64,000 nt of DNA from a virus: the IMG/VR virus record IMGVR_UViG_3300032116_000106, positions 1 through 64,000 of that record. The stretch is one strand, 5' to 3'. Both the position numbers and the translations under genes were made by a program. A model generated the notes under the pieces. The model searched no databases and was not told where the DNA came from. It saw only the letters and a program-made list of their open reading frames with translations. Below are positions 17,945 to 27,567 of this stretch, piece after piece (within the stretch, counting starts at the first letter, position 1; each line of letters opens with the position of its first letter).

Positions 17945-18881
17945 TCTTATACCAATTTATAGTTTTTTCTAATCCTTCGTAAATTGTGGTTTTTGCACCC
18001 CAACCTAATTTATCAAATATTTTAAACGAATCAATTAACCTCACCGGAATCATCGGAGCCTTATTATTTACATATTCAATCGGAGATTCTAAACCTTCAA
18101 TTTCTTTCAATACATTAATAACATGATTTACTGAATAGCCTGAATTAGAACCCACATTATAGATTTCATGCCCTTCTTCCTTTTCCATAATAACCTGCAA
18201 TGCTTCTACAAAATCTTCAACATAAAGAAGGTCTCTCACTTCAGTACCATCTCCCCATACAGGAATTGGATTTAATCTAGTTGCAACTTTAATAATAGAA
18301 GCGGGTGTAACGTGGCATTTATCCAAATCATATTTATCATGCGGCCCATATAAATTTGCTGGTCTAACAATTACGGTCTGCATTGGATTGATAAGGATTT
18401 CAGAATACATCTTACAAAGAACTTCTGCATATCGTTTCATCCAACCTACCGGATAATAAGTTTTATAGATTGATTCGTATAGAAAATCGGATTCACAAAC
18501 TGGTCTATCACCGCTTTCTGGATAAATTGTAGATGATGATAAGAATATAAATTTCTTTATCTTATTCTTATACGCCTTCTCTAATGTTAATGCGTTTATT
18601 ATTACATTAGGAGTAACATGAAGTAGAGGAGCATAAATTGTATCAACTGCATTAGAAGTTGAGGCTGCACAATGAAACACCACATCAACTCCCTCCATAA
18701 TTTGATTAACAAAATTTTCATCTCTTAAATCTCCCTGAACTGATTCACCGAAACCTTCTAAATTTCGAGTGTATCCATGATTACGAAGGTTTTTATATCC
18801 TTCGTTGTATAATCTTTCTGCCAAATTTCTTCCTACGAAACCGGTAGCACCTAATATTAGGATTTTGCTTTCTTTATTCAT
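17925..18881 (-). CDS. NDP-sugar epimerase/reductase, GDP-L-fucose-synthase-like
   Basis: GATGFVG, LSSSTIYP, RPANLYGPHDKYD...HV, VWGDGTEVRDLLYVED. Confidence 0.88.
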   Translation of the reverse strand: MNKESKILILGATGFVGRNLAERLYNEGYKNLRNHGYTRNLEGFGESVQGDLRDENFVNQIMEGVDVVFHCAASTSNAVDTIYAPLLHVTPNVIINALTLEKAYKNKIKKFIFLSSSTIYPESGDRPVCESDFLYESIYKTYYPVGWMKRYAEVLCKMYSEILINPMQTVIVRPANLYGPHDKYDLDKCHVTPASIIKVATRLNPIPVWGDGTEVRDLLYVEDFVEALQVIMEKEEGHEIYNVGSNSGYSVNHVINVLKEIEGLESPIEYVNNKAPMIPVRLIDSFKIFDKLGWGAKTTIYEGLEKTINWYKSVYLKG

Positions 18882-19780
18882 ATAACTTCTTTTAATAAAA
18901 TATCATTAACAAATTTTTTCCAAGTTTTTGTAGAGGGATGTCCCGCTACTATTGTATTACCTTCTATCCACCTATCTTCTTCTATATTATCATATATCCA
19001 CTCATATACTCCTCCATATTCACCATATTCATTCTTATAAAACCAACACCATTTATCCCAATCAATTAAATCATAAAATCTTTTAATATAAAGGAGATGT
19101 TCAAATCTTTTCTCACTACCTCTATAATTAAATTTTTTTTCAGAATATAATTTTTGAAGTATTGGTTCAACTTCCTCATATCTTAATGGATTGATAACCA
19201 CTTCATTATTTTCTATCTGTCCATCAAATATACATTCTTCGGTTGATAAATTATCTTTTATAAAAAAAGTTTTTAGTTTAATTCCTTTACTTTCCACAAA
19301 ACAAATAAGATAATGAAACCATTCTAAAAAAGAAAGTGTATCTTCTTCATCACTTTGAACCCATTTTATTTTTGATTTAAAGAATTCCTTTTCTTTTTCA
19401 AAATCATCTTTTTCTTCCATCCAACCGTAATAAAAATTACCACTCAAAGCGTAAAATCCATTTTCATAATTCGTATAAGTATAATCAGTTTTATGAACAG
19501 TTGAATTTGGTATAGTTGGAATGTAAATCGAATCCCTATTGAAAAATGTCCAACATGCTAATAAAGTTATATCACTTATACCTTTATCTAACAATTCATT
19601 TGCTTTATAAATTAAACTTCTAACAATAGTTTTTACATCATTTGTAGGTGAGCCAACATTATATACATTTTGATAATGCTCTTTTAAATGTTCTGGCCAA
19701 AAATAACTCTTCTTATCTAACGTCGCGTGGAAATTAGTAAAAGAACAACCACTACAAATTATGTGAGATGTAGTATTCAT
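18878..19780 (-). CDS. SGNH-like protein (paralog of 17042)
   Basis: IICSGCSFTN, WPEHL, NVGSPTND, GGVYEW and GHPS. Confidence 0.65.
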   Translation of the reverse strand: MNTTSHIICSGCSFTNFHATLDKKSYFWPEHLKEHYQNVYNVGSPTNDVKTIVRSLIYKANELLDKGISDITLLACWTFFNRDSIYIPTIPNSTVHKTDYTYTNYENGFYALSGNFYYGWMEEKDDFEKEKEFFKSKIKWVQSDEEDTLSFLEWFHYLICFVESKGIKLKTFFIKDNLSTEECIFDGQIENNEVVINPLRYEEVEPILQKLYSEKKFNYRGSEKRFEHLLYIKRFYDLIDWDKWCWFYKNEYGEYGGVYEWIYDNIEEDRWIEGNTIVAGHPSTKTWKKFVNDILLKEVI

Positions 19781-20684
19781 AGGTTTTTTCTAATGCTTTT
19801 TCAAATCCCAATTTTGGTAATAATCCAACTTGCTCTTGCTTAGTTGTATCCATTTGTCTTCTACTATCCCCATTTGGTTTAGATGTATTCCAATCTATTT
19901 TCAAATCTTTCCCACTAATTCTAATAAGAGATTCTATCATTTGTTTTATAGTAATTTCTTCCCCCGCTCCAAAGTTAATTGTGGTGTGTAGTTTTCTTTT
20001 ATATAAATCTAAAACTGCATCTGCCACATCTCCTCCATATACGAAATCTCTAATAGGAGAACCATCGCCCCACGCTTCTATCGAATCACCCTTTGCTTCT
20101 ACAATCTTTTTAATAGTAGATGCAATTACAGTACCCTTACCACTAAAATCATCATATTCTCCAAATATATTTGCAGGTCTAATGATTGCCCAATTGTGAT
20201 AATTGTATTGAACTCTATACGCTTCTAATAAAATTTCACCCATTCTTTTACTCCATGATGGAAACCAGTCTGCTTCACCAGGTAATGTTTTCCATACTGA
20301 ATCCTCAACAAATGTTTCAGCAGGTGCATAAACTCCTACTGAACTCATAAACACTAACCAAATGTTATTTTTAGCACATTGATTGATTATTTCGGTATTT
20401 ATTTTAAATGATGGATATAAAAAATCAACTGGCTTTTCTTTTGCTCTAACGGGTGAACCCTTTACACCAAAACAATTAAATACTACATCAAACTTATTAA
20501 TAAACAAAGATTCAATTGCAAATGGTTTTGTCAAATCCTCTTGAATAAATTCCCAACCAACCGATGGTAGATGTTTTCCTTTTTTTAAATCAACCCCAAT
20601 AACCTTATAACCTTCATTGAGGCACTTCTTCAGTAAATGTGTTCCTACTAAACCATTTACACCTGTTATTAAAACTTTTTTCAT
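19752..20684 (-). CDS. NDP-sugar epimerase/reductase, GDP-L-fucose-synthase-like
   Basis: TGVNGLVG, SSVGVY, RPANIFGEYDDF, AWGDGSPIRDFVY and SKPNGD. Confidence 0.88.
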   Translation of the reverse strand: MKKVLITGVNGLVGTHLLKKCLNEGYKVIGVDLKKGKHLPSVGWEFIQEDLTKPFAIESLFINKFDVVFNCFGVKGSPVRAKEKPVDFLYPSFKINTEIINQCAKNNIWLVFMSSVGVYAPAETFVEDSVWKTLPGEADWFPSWSKRMGEILLEAYRVQYNYHNWAIIRPANIFGEYDDFSGKGTVIASTIKKIVEAKGDSIEAWGDGSPIRDFVYGGDVADAVLDLYKRKLHTTINFGAGEEITIKQMIESLIRISGKDLKIDWNTSKPNGDSRRQMDTTKQEQVGLLPKLGFEKALEKTYEYYISHNL

Positions 20685-21878
20685 TTATAATTCTCTTAAA
20701 TCGTTAATCGTTTCATCAATCATTTTTGAGAATGAATACTCAAAAAATTTCTCTTTATTCTTTTTAATCTTTTCTATATTGTTATTATAAAAATTTATTA
20801 TAGATTGTTCACCTAACTTATAAACTTTTCTAATCTGCCCTAATGCATCATTTAATCTTTTTTGATTATCAGGCATCGAATCAAATGAGTAATCAATAAG
20901 CGAATCGTATAATTCAAATCCTAATTCAGTAAGGTATTGATGAGAACCCATATCACCAATTATTAAAAAAGGGTGACAGTTTGCCAATGCCTTAAAACTT
21001 TTTTCAGTAAGATTTAAACTATTATTCTCAAATGAGGTTTCAGTTATAATGTTAAAATAAGTTTCAGAATAATGTGATTTAGTCGTATATTTTAGATTTG
21101 AAAATACGTCGTTTTGGTTATTAGGGTAATCCCAATCTAATACATTAAATCCAATTCTATCAAATTTATTATAATATGCAATTAAATCATACAGTTCAAC
21201 TTCTTTTGATTCCAATTCCCTTCTATTAAAATTATCATTTTTAATTAATATGGAAACATATGTATCATCAATTAATCCATTTTTAATCAACCATAAAATA
21301 AGTTGAACTCTAAATGTTTTGGTAGTATTTTTATTATAACTTAAAAAGAATTTTTTCTTTTCAGAATTCAAATACTCATTTACATTTAATAATCCGATTT
21401 CCGAGCCTCTACAATCAATGGATTCATATTTTATATCTCTATAATGGTCTACTAAAAATCCAAATAGATAAGGTTTATGAATTACTTTAATTCCATGCTT
21501 ATTAAATAATTCGGAATATTTGTTATTAGTAGCAACAACTATTTGATTAATGGCTAAGTTAAACTTATCCTTAAATAATATTAATCTGGAAAAAAATGGA
21601 TTTTGATTAGTTCCTTCGTGAAAATTGGAAAATACAATTTTAACATTTGGTTTATCCTTTACCATTTCAAATACTTTTTCAAAGTATTCTTTGTTGCTAT
21701 CTATTACATTTGAATTCATTTCACCTATTATGGACAAATTCCATATAATAGGTTCTTCATTATTTAATTCAAATATTGGATTGGCAAATCCATAGTTCCA
21801 ATCTAAATTTGATATATGACAAAAGGGATACCCATTGGGTATATTCTTAAAATCAGTATTCTCATAATAAAATTTCAT
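20685..21878 (-). CDS. Glycosyltransferase, GT10-like
   Basis: FNIITETSFENNSLNLTEKSFKALANCHPF resembles the GT10 FEN..TEK motif. Confidence 0.6.
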   Translation of the reverse strand: MKFYYENTDFKNIPNGYPFCHISNLDWNYGFANPIFELNNEEPIIWNLSIIGEMNSNVIDSNKEYFEKVFEMVKDKPNVKIVFSNFHEGTNQNPFFSRLILFKDKFNLAINQIVVATNNKYSELFNKHGIKVIHKPYLFGFLVDHYRDIKYESIDCRGSEIGLLNVNEYLNSEKKKFFLSYNKNTTKTFRVQLILWLIKNGLIDDTYVSILIKNDNFNRRELESKEVELYDLIAYYNKFDRIGFNVLDWDYPNNQNDVFSNLKYTTKSHYSETYFNIITETSFENNSLNLTEKSFKALANCHPFLIIGDMGSHQYLTELGFELYDSLIDYSFDSMPDNQKRLNDALGQIRKVYKLGEQSIINFYNNNIEKIKKNKEKFFEYSFSKMIDETINDLREL

Positions 21879-22686
21879 ATTCGGCCTTTATTTTGTCATA
21901 GTATTCATTCTCTGAATCAAAGTATAAAGATAATTCTTTTATTTCAGATTTCCAAATTTCAATGTTATCTTTAAATACCTGATAAAATATATTATTTTTT
22001 TCAGAATGTTTAAATTTATTCATTTCCTGTTCATACCCCCAATCAATTAATTCTTTTGTTTTAAGGTATTCATCAAATGAATTAATATCTATATATGTTA
22101 TCTTTGCTCCCAAATCCCTTAATTGATTCATATATAAATAAGCGTAGTAGTGGTGGCGCTCAACATGAGAATCTTTATAGATAGCATAATTTAATACATA
22201 TTTTTCTATTAAAACTTTTAGGCAATCAACATCTTTTGTATTAAGATACTTTACAAATAGATTCAAAAAATTATCTATATTTGATTGTAGTTCTATTTCA
22301 CTTATATTGTGTTCAAAATATGATTTCATAAATTCTTTTCCATCATGTTTTAAATTAACAGCTCTCTGATGTATAATACCAAACATTGTAGTTAAACCTG
22401 ATATGAATCTACTTTGAGGATTACGAACAAAGAATACTACATCTTTGTTTTTAAATAAATTTTTGTAAGCATGTTCAACAAATTCTGAACGTGTTTGAAA
22501 ACGCATCGAATCAAGCTCTACCTCTTCCAATTTATTATTAAACGGATAACCATAGTTTTGGAATTGTAAATTATTTGATACCGATTTTAAAAACCTACTA
22601 CCTACCTTAGCGGATGTCACTAAAACAATGTTGTCATTAGTAAAATACTTATAACTGGTCGTAAATTCTTTTTCTTTATTTGACAT
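21862..22686 (-). CDS. Carbohydrate sulfotransferase-like protein
   Basis: SAKVGSRFL (5'-PSB-like) and FFVRNPQSRFISG (3'-PB R-x-P-x-x-R-x-x-S). Confidence 0.7.
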   Translation of the reverse strand: MSNKEKEFTTSYKYFTNDNIVLVTSAKVGSRFLKSVSNNLQFQNYGYPFNNKLEEVELDSMRFQTRSEFVEHAYKNLFKNKDVVFFVRNPQSRFISGLTTMFGIIHQRAVNLKHDGKEFMKSYFEHNISEIELQSNIDNFLNLFVKYLNTKDVDCLKVLIEKYVLNYAIYKDSHVERHHYYAYLYMNQLRDLGAKITYIDINSFDEYLKTKELIDWGYEQEMNKFKHSEKNNIFYQVFKDNIEIWKSEIKELSLYFDSENEYYDKIKAEYEILL

Positions 22687-23944
22687 TTGTTAATGATTTA
22701 AAATAATTTTTACAGCTCTCTCTTTCCCAAAAATTAAGAAAATGAGATTGATTATATAATAATATATCCTTTGCTTCCGAATATATTTTTTTAAGATTAG
22801 ATTTATTTAATTCTTTTACCACCTCAACTACATTTACCATTCTATCTCTAACATCAAATATTTCATCATAGTCTTCACTCCAAAAATCATTAAATGTTTT
22901 GAACCCATAACTTCTTAATCTCTTTAGATGTTGATATGGTGCTAAAAATATACCTAAATGTAAATTGATAAATGGTTTAAAACTTTTTTCAGTTAGGTGT
23001 TCTTCGTTATTTTCAAACGATGTTTCGGTTATTAAAGAACAATATGAATTTATATAACTATCTTTAAAATGAGTAGTTTTAGTATCACCGAAAAAATTAT
23101 ATAAATTTTTGGATATAGGTTCGTATTCACTTTTCTTTTTGGTATAAAAAAAGTATTTTAAAAACCTTTCATATTCAATTAGAGAATTTCTATCAAAAAA
23201 TTTTGAAAAGTGTTCTATACTAAAAATGTTCTTTCCCTCTACATCTTTTTCGTTTCCATAAAATGGGGAAAACTCATATGGAGAAAATAATAATGACCAA
23301 TCAGTATTGTAGATTAATTCGTTTTTATATAATCTAGCTAAAAAAGAAACTCTATGAGCTTTTGGAACTCTATTTAAACACAAAAAATTATATTTTCTTT
23401 CAGTAGTATTATCAAAAGTTTGTAATTCAAACCTATAACCTAAATCGTTAATTTTGTTCTCCTTTAATGCCTTATTAACAACCAAAGAAGTATGTTCTAA
23501 TAACCAATCTGAAACATTGACGTTTAAGCCAACATCTCCTATTGATTCTTTGTAATAATTTATTAAGTTTTTGTTTGCAAAGTAAATGTAGAACGAAGAG
23601 TGTGGTAAATTATTACAAATAATAAATTCATTTAGTTGCCGAAAAAAAGAGATATGGTCTCCTCCACCCTCATGTTCTCTTAATAACAAAACTTTTAACT
23701 TTGAATTATGAATAAGAGATAGTATTGTTGGTGAAAAAAATCCTCCTTTAAAAATACAATTAAAATCAGTATTTAAATCAATTGGAAAATATATATTATC
23801 CAATCCCCCTAACTCATTTAGTTTGATGTTATTTACATTAATGTATTCACGACAATAAGGATGTCTACACCCAAAATTATTTCCGTTGGGTATAGGCCCT
23901 AAATCGTTCCACTCTTCAAATAATAAATTTAAAACGCTATCCAT
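22676..23944 (-). CDS. Glycosyltransferase, GT10-like
   Basis: FLCLNRVPKAHR, ITETSFENNEEHLTEKSFKPF and GFKTF..FWSEDYD. Confidence 0.6.
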   Translation of the reverse strand: MDSVLNLLFEEWNDLGPIPNGNNFGCRHPYCREYINVNNIKLNELGGLDNIYFPIDLNTDFNCIFKGGFFSPTILSLIHNSKLKVLLLREHEGGGDHISFFRQLNEFIICNNLPHSSFYIYFANKNLINYYKESIGDVGLNVNVSDWLLEHTSLVVNKALKENKINDLGYRFELQTFDNTTERKYNFLCLNRVPKAHRVSFLARLYKNELIYNTDWSLLFSPYEFSPFYGNEKDVEGKNIFSIEHFSKFFDRNSLIEYERFLKYFFYTKKKSEYEPISKNLYNFFGDTKTTHFKDSYINSYCSLITETSFENNEEHLTEKSFKPFINLHLGIFLAPYQHLKRLRSYGFKTFNDFWSEDYDEIFDVRDRMVNVVEVVKELNKSNLKKIYSEAKDILLYNQSHFLNFWERESCKNYFKSLTNVK

Positions 23945-24561
23945 TTTCCGCTTCCGTAATGTGGATATTTTGATTTGTATGTATAATGTATTACATCAGA
24001 TGGAATTTCTCTCTTAGTGTCATTCCATGTCTTTTCAGTTGGAGTGTATGTGGAAACTCCATTATCTTCCACAACAAAATATAATGGTAATTGAAATCTC
24101 CTAGCGTATTTATGAACTTCATAAAAAATACCACTTTCAAAACTCATATCCCCAACAAATACCCATACTTTATCATCCCCACCATCTTTTTTAATAGCAG
24201 ATGCTACACCCAAAGCAATTGGTAATGTCCCACCTACAATTGCGGATGCATAGAATCGATTATCGTGGTCACACATTGTAATCGATTTACCATCTTTAAT
24301 TACTTCGGTAGCATAATCGGCGGATAATCCACTCAATACCCAGTGGTAGTGAGAACGCCATGTTGAAAAAACCCAATCGGTTTCTTTTATACGCTTGAAT
24401 ACTTCAATTAGTTCAGCTTCGTTTCCATTTGATAAATGAACCGGGCCTCTAATTTTACCGCCTTCCCATATATCAACTATACTTTGTTCAAACTGAATTA
24501 ACTTTTCTACTGTCCAATCTATATCTCTAATGATTGGGTATTGTTCTAAATTTTTTATCAT
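23929..24561 (-). CDS. TPP-dependent enzyme alpha subunit (short E1-alpha-like)
   Basis: GPVHLSNGNE, STWRSHYH, SAIVGG and TPP motif GDMSFESG.FYE...VEDN. Confidence 0.88.
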   Translation of the reverse strand: MIKNLEQYPIIRDIDWTVEKLIQFEQSIVDIWEGGKIRGPVHLSNGNEAELIEVFKRIKETDWVFSTWRSHYHWVLSGLSADYATEVIKDGKSITMCDHDNRFYASAIVGGTLPIALGVASAIKKDGGDDKVWVFVGDMSFESGIFYEVHKYARRFQLPLYFVVEDNGVSTYTPTEKTWNDTKREIPSDVIHYTYKSKYPHYGSGKWIAF

Positions 24562-25415
24562 ATTAAAAGGTCACTTATACAAACTCTATTTTTATCAGAG
24601 CCTCTGTTTAAAGATTCATATTCTTCTCCTCCGATTCCAAACATTACACAATCAGTTTCTTCTAAATTCATTTCTTTACAAACTTGTGTATATTTTTCAC
24701 CGAATGTATCCCAATTATAATCAACTGAATACTTTGTCATTAATTCATATCCTATTGCTGCACCAACTCTATTTACCATTTGTTGTTCATTGAATGCACC
24801 TATTCCATCATCGATGTGGCGAAAATCATTTACCATTCTTATCCCAACTCTCAAATGTTCCATTCCATAAAATGCTTTTGAAAGAGAAAATGTAATCAAC
24901 TGAATACAATTGTGGTTTAAATTAACATTTATATTTTTTGCCATTGGATAATAAGCAAAATCTAACATTACAGGAATACTATTTTCATCACAATAATTTA
25001 AAAAATCTTGCGTTAATAAAGGATGTTGTTTACCATAATCTGAAAATGGTACACTAAGGATTACCGCATCCCCTCTTTTGATTTCATCATCTTCTATAAA
25101 GGCCCAATTCCAATCATGTTGAAATGAGCATTTATGATAAAAAAACTCTCCTTTAAAAAAACGAAATCGTTTTTTCTTTTGTATTAAATAGAAATGGTCA
25201 AAAGATTGAATAGTTCCATGCACATAACTAACATCTCTATATCCTTCTAATCCTTCTAATTTATTATATTTCGAACTTGCTATCCAACTTACAAACTTAT
25301 CCTTAAATTTTTGTAATATAGTATCATCATATACCGATGATAATTTATCCCAACTAATAATGTCTTGTTTGATTTTTGGGTTTGGTATAGGCTTCGCTCC
25401 TCGTAAATTGTTCAT
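24558..25415 (-). CDS. PLP-dependent transferase-fold enzyme
   Basis: GT..SF, MLDFAY and FSLSKAF.....RVG (Schiff-base Lys). Confidence 0.7.
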   Translation of the reverse strand: MNNLRGAKPIPNPKIKQDIISWDKLSSVYDDTILQKFKDKFVSWIASSKYNKLEGLEGYRDVSYVHGTIQSFDHFYLIQKKKRFRFFKGEFFYHKCSFQHDWNWAFIEDDEIKRGDAVILSVPFSDYGKQHPLLTQDFLNYCDENSIPVMLDFAYYPMAKNINVNLNHNCIQLITFSLSKAFYGMEHLRVGIRMVNDFRHIDDGIGAFNEQQMVNRVGAAIGYELMTKYSVDYNWDTFGEKYTQVCKEMNLEETDCVMFGIGGEEYESLNRGSDKNRVCISDLLI

Positions 25416-25887
25416 ATAAACCTGTTATTTGCATTGTGTATTTTGGCTCCATTCCCATATTACCGCTAAGATGGGGTTGTCCATATCTAATTACTTTAAA
25501 ATCCATTTTTCTCCACTTTATAAATGGTTCATTATCTATTTCAAAATAATGACCAGTCTTCCATTCTTCCAAAAAGAAATTTAACCTACATACTCCATAC
25601 TTATCACAATTATTCTTTTTTGAAAATTGATAAAATGTATCAAAGTGTTCAGGTATAGTTTGACCTGGCATTTGTTTTATTACACTTAATGAATAATCTG
25701 AAAATATTTGCTTTGCGAAAGTATGATATTCTTCTGGCAAATCAAACGTTTGGTAGTATTGAGTATTCTTATCAGTAAATCCTGCGGTAATATACTTTTG
25801 ATTTTGCTCATCATATTCCGCTGAATTCCCTTCTAATGATACATTATTGGAAATTGTACTAAAATTTATATTATGTATTGTTAGCAT
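25354..25887 (-). CDS. 2OG-Fe(II) oxygenase-like protein
   Basis: QMPGQTIPEHFD...GHYFEI...PHLSGNMGMEPKYTMQITG. Confidence 0.7.
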   Translation of the reverse strand: MLTIHNINFSTISNNVSLEGNSAEYDEQNQKYITAGFTDKNTQYYQTFDLPEEYHTFAKQIFSDYSLSVIKQMPGQTIPEHFDTFYQFSKKNNCDKYGVCRLNFFLEEWKTGHYFEIDNEPFIKWRKMDFKVIRYGQPHLSGNMGMEPKYTMQITGLYEQFTRSEAYTKPKNQTRHY

Positions 25888-26836
25888 ATCCTAAAGGAAA
25901 TCCGTTTCTAAATTCAGAACCCATTTTCGGAACTATCATTTGATAGCCTTGTATTAATTGTTTTATACCTCTATCCAAATCCCACTCTGGTATCCACCCA
26001 GCTTCCTCTATTTTTGCGTTTGATACGATGTAATCCCTTTTATCAGGATCTTCATAATAATCGTTGTATGATACCGCAAAATCCTTTACGTGGGTTTGTA
26101 TCTTTTCTAACAATTCTTGTTTTGATAGATTGGCTGAACTTAATCCTACATTAAATATTTCACCTCTATAAAAATCATAATTACCCAACATAAAAAGAAA
26201 AGCCGATGCCACATCTTCAATATGAATAAAATTTCTTTTAAAGTTCTTTTCAAATACTACTATGTATTTATCGGTAATTGCTTTATAAACAAAATCGTTT
26301 ACTAATAAATCAGTTCTCATACGAGGTGATACACCAAATACGGTCGCTAATCTGAATGTGATTGCCGATGTGTTTGCTCTCAAAAAATTCTCAGCATCAC
26401 ATTTTGTTTGTCCATAAACTGATATAGGTGTAAGGGGTGATTCTTCAGTACACTCGGTTTGACCTATTCCTATTCCATATCCACTATTTGTATTTGGATA
26501 TAAAATCTTTTTATCCTTTCCGAATCTAACAATGTTTACTATTTGTTTAAAGTTAATTTCTTTTGCCAATTGAGGGTCTGCCGCACACGCTGGAAACCCA
26601 ACTATTGCAGCTAATGGAATAATCACATCAGCATCTTTACACAATTGTTCTAATAATCTTTCATTACGAACGTCTCCATAAATAAACTTAAAATTTGGAT
26701 TAGATGTGTATTGAAGTAATGATGTTTGGTTAAATAGCAATTTATCCAATACAACTACTTCATAATCAGCTTTTAGCATTTTATCTACTATAACTGAACC
26801 TAAATAACCTGCTCCTCCTGTGATTAATATTTTCAT
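25871..26836 (-). CDS. NAD-dependent NDP-sugar epimerase/dehydratase
   Basis: TGGAGYLG, LAAIVG.PAC, YGQTK and RLATVFG.SPRMR.DLLVN. Confidence 0.92.
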   Translation of the reverse strand: MKILITGGAGYLGSVIVDKMLKADYEVVVLDKLLFNQTSLLQYTSNPNFKFIYGDVRNERLLEQLCKDADVIIPLAAIVGFPACAADPQLAKEINFKQIVNIVRFGKDKKILYPNTNSGYGIGIGQTECTEESPLTPISVYGQTKCDAENFLRANTSAITFRLATVFGVSPRMRTDLLVNDFVYKAITDKYIVVFEKNFKRNFIHIEDVASAFLFMLGNYDFYRGEIFNVGLSSANLSKQELLEKIQTHVKDFAVSYNDYYEDPDKRDYIVSNAKIEEAGWIPEWDLDRGIKQLIQGYQMIVPKMGSEFRNGFPLGYANNT

Positions 26837-27567
26837 TGTTCTTCTAATTTATCTATAATGTTATTTTGTATATCATTTACATTAAAATCTTGATACAAAA
26901 GAGCGTGATTACCGTTTCCACTACTATCCCACGCTTTAAATCTATTAAGGTTTTCCAAAGTGAACTTATATTTTGCTAATGTAAATCTTCTAACAATTTC
27001 AGGATTAAATAAATCTAATTCTTCTTTGTTTAGAACCTTTTCCATAATAATTACATCATCAATCCAACCCTTATACCACCAACTATATTCTTGTAAATGT
27101 GGTTCAATATAATTTGGTGCAGCGGCTCCGATAAATAATGGTGTATTATCATAACTTACAACAGGATATGTTATAGGTGCTTCTTTGGTTTCACCATTAT
27201 AAGTAACTCTAAAAATTTTGTTGGTATAATCTACTGAAAAGAATATCTCTTGCCATTCCTTTTCAAAATCGTAAATAAAGGTGATGTTAATGTTTTCCGC
27301 ATCAATCGGTTTACTCATCCATAATTGTGCACTTACAACATAAAAATCATTTTCTTTATTTACAAATACACCGGAATGAAGCCCACATTTAGAAAATATA
27401 CCATAGATTTCATCTCCTCTATCTTCAGTTTTTTGTATCTTAAATTTACTATAAATTGTAAAATCCTTTTGGAAAAAAGTTTTTAAATTTGGTTTCTTCG
27501 ATGTGTTAAAAGTTGATTGATCCCAAACTTTATAACTAATGTCTTTATTGAAATATAAGTGATTCAT
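26833..27567 (-). CDS. Stand-alone LamG/pentraxin-like lectin domain protein
   Basis: DFTI..KF, PLFIGA, YKGWIDDV.I...VL...E and WDSSGNGNHA. Confidence 0.7.
   Translation of the reverse strand: MNHLYFNKDISYKVWDQSTFNTSKKPNLKTFFQKDFTIYSKFKIQKTEDRGDEIYGIFSKCGLHSGVFVNKENDFYVVSAQLWMSKPIDAENINITFIYDFEKEWQEIFFSVDYTNKIFRVTYNGETKEAPITYPVVSYDNTPLFIGAAAPNYIEPHLQEYSWWYKGWIDDVIIMEKVLNKEELDLFNPEIVRRFTLAKYKFTLENLNRFKAWDSSGNGNHALLYQDFNVNDIQNNIIDKLEEQ

Noticed and set aside
16503-24561. Pyruvate dehydrogenase auxiliary metabolic genes
   Set aside because: Subunits are truncated and separated, E2/E3 are absent, and the context is sugar biosynthesis.
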